DNA of 64,000 nt from an uncultured delta proteobacterium (lineage in GTDB: Bacteria > Desulfobacterota > Binatia > UBA9968), in the NCBI GenBank assembly GCA_963745835.1, contig CAVUZH010000003.1, positions 1,248,001 through 1,312,000 on the forward strand, written 5' to 3'. The notes under the pieces were generated by a model. It was not told the DNA's origin, did no database searches, and saw only the letters and a program-made list of their open reading frames with translations. Shown one piece after another: positions 60,647 through 64,000 of this stretch. A program made the position numbers and the translations under genes. Within the stretch, counting starts at the first letter, position 1. Each line of letters opens with the position of its first letter.

Positions 60647-60834
60647 TAAGTTCCCCTTCTAGAGCGAAGTTCCAATATGGCGAGAACAGACGAGCATGTC
60701 AAATTGGAGCTGACGTAACTACCAGATGTATGTCGCCACCGAAAACGGATGACGAAAAGGGTGATCTGATCTCGCGAGGTTTCTAGCCGGCGCCCACTAA
60801 GGGCTTTTTAGGAAACACAGAACCCGACCGCACG

Positions 60835-61356
60835 TCAAGATTTGAGCAAAGCCGGCTCGCGACGAGGTGACGCGGTTCGTGTGGTCTCTCGTGCAATGCC
60901 GATCCTCCCCGTGCGAATAAGCTCTTTGATTCCTAAGGGTTTAAGCATATTGATCAGAGCTTCAACCTTGTCGACATCACCGGTGATTTCTATTGTGTAA
61001 GTGGTTAGTGACGAATCGACAATTTTGGCCCGGAAGATGTCTGCGATCCGTATGGCTTCTTCTCGGTGTTCGGGTTTTGTGTGAACTTTGATAAGGGCCG
61101 TCTCCCGATCAAGAAAATCAGTTTCGGTGAGATCCACCACTTCCAGGACTTCCACTACCTTGTTTAACTGTTTCATGATCTGCTCGATGATCCGATCGTC
61201 ACCGATAGTAACGATGGTTATACGAGAGGTGGTCGGGTCCAAAGTGGCAGCGACCGATAGGCTTTCGATATTATATCCGCGCGCGCTGAACAATCCTGCT
61301 ACTCTTGCTAAAACGCCAAATTTGTTTTCGACGAGAACCGATATGATATGTTCCAT
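60835..61356 (-). CDS. ilvN: Acetolactate synthase small subunit
   Basis: VENKFGVLARVAGLFSARGYNIESL. Confidence 0.95.
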   Translation of the reverse strand: MEHIISVLVENKFGVLARVAGLFSARGYNIESLSVAATLDPTTSRITIVTIGDDRIIEQIMKQLNKVVEVLEVVDLTETDFLDRETALIKVHTKPEHREEAIRIADIFRAKIVDSSLTTYTIEITGDVDKVEALINMLKPLGIKELIRTGRIGIARETTRTASPRREPALLKS

Positions 61357-61367
61357 TCGCTGAAAAA

Positions 61368-63146
61368 TCAGGCAGGAAGAACTCCGTCGCCCTCATCCAC
61401 CTTTCTCTTTTGTGTTCCACCCTTCTTGCCTCGATTCAGCTCCGGTGGGTCCTCAAGCATCATTTCGTGTTGGGCACCGCCCGCAGGAATCATTGGATAA
61501 CAATTCTCATAGGGATCGGTATGGATATCCATCAGCACCGGGCCTCTATGCTTCAAGCCGTCTTTTAGCACGGGCTCGACATCGCTCGGCTTTAGTGCGC
61601 GCAGCCCCTTGATCCCGTAAGCGTCCGCCAATTTCACAAAATCAGGCATCTTCCCCAAAAGACTCGCCGAGTACCGTCCCTCATAGAACAGATCCTGCCA
61701 TTGCCGAACCATCCCATGCACTCCGTTGTTGAGCAGGACGATTTTGACAGCCAGCTTTTGCTCCGCGCATGTCACCAGTTCCTGTAGATTCATTTGGAAG
61801 CTACCTTCGCTGGTGATGCAAAGCACCATTCGATTCGGGAAAGCTTTTTGCGCGCCAATCGCCGCCGGGAAGCCAAAACCCATTGTGCCCAGACCGCCTG
61901 AGGTGAGCCATGTTCTCGGCTTGGTCCCTTTGAAGTATTGCGCGGCAAACATCTGGTGCTGGCCGACATCGGTGGCGACGATCGCTTCATGTTTGGTCAA
62001 TTCGAAGAGCTTGTCGATGACAAACTGTGGTTTGATGATCTTGTCGTCTTGCTTGTATGACAACGGATGCGCCGTTCGCCATTCTTCGACCTGCTTCAGC
62101 CAGGGTGCCCGAGACGCTCTGATCTTGGCCGGATTACCGTCCATCGAGCGCAGCATGACATTCATCTGCCGCAGAACCGCTTTCACATCGCCGACGATCG
62201 GGATATGAGCGTGGAAAGTCTTTTTTATCGAAGTTGGGTCTATGTCGATATGAATGACCCGTGCCTCGGGACAAAATTCGGAAAGCTTACCGGTCACACG
62301 ATCGTCAAAACGCGCGCCGACGGCAATTAACAAATCAGCATGATGCATCGCCATGTTGGTCCAATAACCACCGTGCATTCCCAACATGCCGAGGGACAGC
62401 GGATGGGTGCCCGGGAAACTACCCAAACCCATCAAAGTCATGGTCACAGGAATCTGTGTGATTTCGGCCAACTCACGGATTTCATCCGCAGCATTGGAAA
62501 AAATAGCACCGCCGCCAACGTAGATCATGGGCTTTTTCGCCTTCATGATCTCTTCAGCGGCTTGACGAATGTGTTGTTTGCTACCTCCAATTACAGGGTT
62601 GTAGCCGCGTAAGCTGATTTTTTCCGGGTATTTGAATTCTGCTCTGGCTGTACTCACATCTTTTGGGATATCGACTAAAACAGGTCCCGGTCGACCGCTC
62701 GTCGCAATATAAAATGCCTCTTTGATGATCTGCGCCAGATCATTGACATCCTTGACCAGCACATTGTGCTTGGTGCACGGACGGCTGATACCCACGTTGT
62801 CGGCTTCTTGGAATGCATCATTGCCGATCAGGTCTGTCGAGACCTGACCCGTGAAGGCAACCAGAGGAACCGAATCCATGTATGCATCGGCAAGTCCGGT
62901 GACGATGTTTGTCATACCAGGACCTGAAGTCACCAAAACGACGCCAGCCCTTCCGGTTGCTTTGGCATACCCCTCTGCCATATGGGCGGCGCCTTGTTCA
63001 TGCCGCGTCAGTACCAGCTCGATATCTTTTTGCTGGCACAGTACATCAAAGATCTTCAATACCACTCCCCCGGGCAACCCAAAAACGGTTTTGACGCCTT
63101 CGCGTCTTAATGATTCACAGAATATCTCGGCCCCGGTAATTTTCAT
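61368..63146 (-). CDS. ilvB: Acetolactate synthase large subunit
   Basis: MKITGAEI start with RBS; RHEQGA, TSGPG, GMLGMHG, DVGQHQM. Confidence 0.95.
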   Translation of the reverse strand: MKITGAEIFCESLRREGVKTVFGLPGGVVLKIFDVLCQQKDIELVLTRHEQGAAHMAEGYAKATGRAGVVLVTSGPGMTNIVTGLADAYMDSVPLVAFTGQVSTDLIGNDAFQEADNVGISRPCTKHNVLVKDVNDLAQIIKEAFYIATSGRPGPVLVDIPKDVSTARAEFKYPEKISLRGYNPVIGGSKQHIRQAAEEIMKAKKPMIYVGGGAIFSNAADEIRELAEITQIPVTMTLMGLGSFPGTHPLSLGMLGMHGGYWTNMAMHHADLLIAVGARFDDRVTGKLSEFCPEARVIHIDIDPTSIKKTFHAHIPIVGDVKAVLRQMNVMLRSMDGNPAKIRASRAPWLKQVEEWRTAHPLSYKQDDKIIKPQFVIDKLFELTKHEAIVATDVGQHQMFAAQYFKGTKPRTWLTSGGLGTMGFGFPAAIGAQKAFPNRMVLCITSEGSFQMNLQELVTCAEQKLAVKIVLLNNGVHGMVRQWQDLFYEGRYSASLLGKMPDFVKLADAYGIKGLRALKPSDVEPVLKDGLKHRGPVLMDIHTDPYENCYPMIPAGGAQHEMMLEDPPELNRGKKGGTQKRKVDEGDGVLPA

Positions 63147-63162
63147 CTTGCTTCCTTTGCAG

Positions 63163-63392
63163 CTAAGCAGTGTTTTGGCGGTGCGTCCGAGGATCTCCAT
63201 GATCTTATCCTTACCCGCCAGTTTCATTTTCTGCAGCCGTTTCTTCTCAACTTCCTCGTCAGGAGAAAGATGAAGTTTATGCTGGAATTGATCGAGCTTT
63301 TTCTCCAGCTCTTGATGCTCTTCATAATATTGCTTGAGCTCGGGATCACGATCTAAAAGAGAAGCAATCGCCGTCTTTTCACTATCCTCCAT
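63163..63392 (-). CDS. DUF465/YdcH-like protein, apparently fused to ilvB by a one-base deletion
   Basis: EEHQELEKKL...EKKRLQKMKLAGKDKI; adding one base near 63183 gives RHRQNTA* before the ilvB RBS. Confidence 0.75.
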
Positions 63393-63483
63393 ATACGAGC
63401 CTCCTTTAATCTTATGAAGTTTTTTGCGCGCCTCAATCTACCGTACGGTAATATTTTTGTCAACGTAACTTACCCGTATGATT

Positions 63484-64000
63484 TCAACTACTTAAGGTCA
63501 GCTTCATTCGTGATTCGCACTCCGGTCGACGCAAGTAAACCGGCGTTAAATCTTCCAACCGAACTGCCCGGTGATCGGTAAATTGGCGCTCACTTAGAAG
63601 CGCAATTGACGCTGCCACCGATGACATTGCCTGTTCATCGGCAACGTAAATTTGTAAATCCGGGACTCGTTCAAGAACAGGACGATAAGTAGTCACTCCA
63701 TCGCCGATGAATAAATATGGCGCCGGTTTTCCCAGACCGCGAAGTTCTTCAAGAAAACTCAGGAACGGCATCAACGCATCTTGCGTTAAACGCTCGAGTT
63801 GACTTCCGTGTATACGAAATACAGCGGCGTAAACCTCACCCTTGCGGGCATCCAAAATGGGGCACACCCTTCCCTCGAAACCGGCTACACGCGCGGCAAT
63901 GGCTTGCAGTGTCGAAATTCCAACCGCCGGCATACCGGTTCCGTAGGCAAGTCCTTTAACCGTGCTTAAGCCAATTCGAACTCCCGTGAACGAGCCTGGC
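63484..64000 (-). CDS. tsaB: tRNA threonylcarbamoyladenosine biosynthesis protein TsaB, 5'-partial
   Basis: PGSFTGVRIG at the window edge, LDARKGEVY, LTPVYLR. Confidence 0.92.
   Translation of the reverse strand, partial: PGSFTGVRIGLSTVKGLAYGTGMPAVGISTLQAIAARVAGFEGRVCPILDARKGEVYAAVFRIHGSQLERLTQDALMPFLSFLEELRGLGKPAPYLFIGDGVTTYRPVLERVPDLQIYVADEQAMSSVAASIALLSERQFTDHRAVRLEDLTPVYLRRPECESRMKLTLSS

Noticed and set aside
61368-63392. 674-aa DUF465-IlvB fusion as a novel regulatory fusion
   Set aside because: One added base restores a stop before ilvB's own RBS and ATG, and similar indels occur nearby
33514-63392. Numerous plus-strand ORFs overlapping ligD, liv, leu and ilv genes
   Set aside because: Shadow ORFs antisense to well-supported genes, with no motifs of their own

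Overview
The window has two halves. Left (1-32.7 kb) is an accessory hotspot built on a tRNA-Arg(ACG) gene (32595-32671, minus strand). Three displaced copies of that tRNA's 3' half (662-706, 6175-6220, 17089-17133) divide it into tandem integrated elements. Element C (~5.5 kb) is a catabolic cassette: VOC enzyme, alpha/beta hydrolase, two amidohydrolases and a substrate-binding protein. Element B (~10.9 kb) is a decayed island with an integrase remnant and a GC-rich operon of two cytoplasmic S8 subtilases plus a small propeptide-like protein. Element A (~15.5 kb) is an apparently intact phage-satellite (PICI)-like element with tyrosine integrase, AAA_25 replication ATPase, P27-type terminase small subunit, HTH regulators, DUF4238-like protein, Ku and many small ORFs, but no capsid or tail genes. 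Element-specific arm-type repeats and IHF-like boxes lie next to the att sites. Right (32.7-64 kb) is core-like chromosome: LigD, cupins, hemerythrin, CoA transferase, GAF histidine kinase plus binding protein, liv-type ABC transporter, leuCD, truA, asd, leuB, leuA, pssA, psd, ilvC, ilvN, ilvB and tsaB. Gene content suggests Candidatus Binatia or a related deltaproteobacteria-like lineage (inference only). Single-base indels also hit conserved genes (leuD, truA, ydcH-like), so many frameshifts are probably sequencing or assembly errors. All family calls come from motif recognition by eye; no searches were run.
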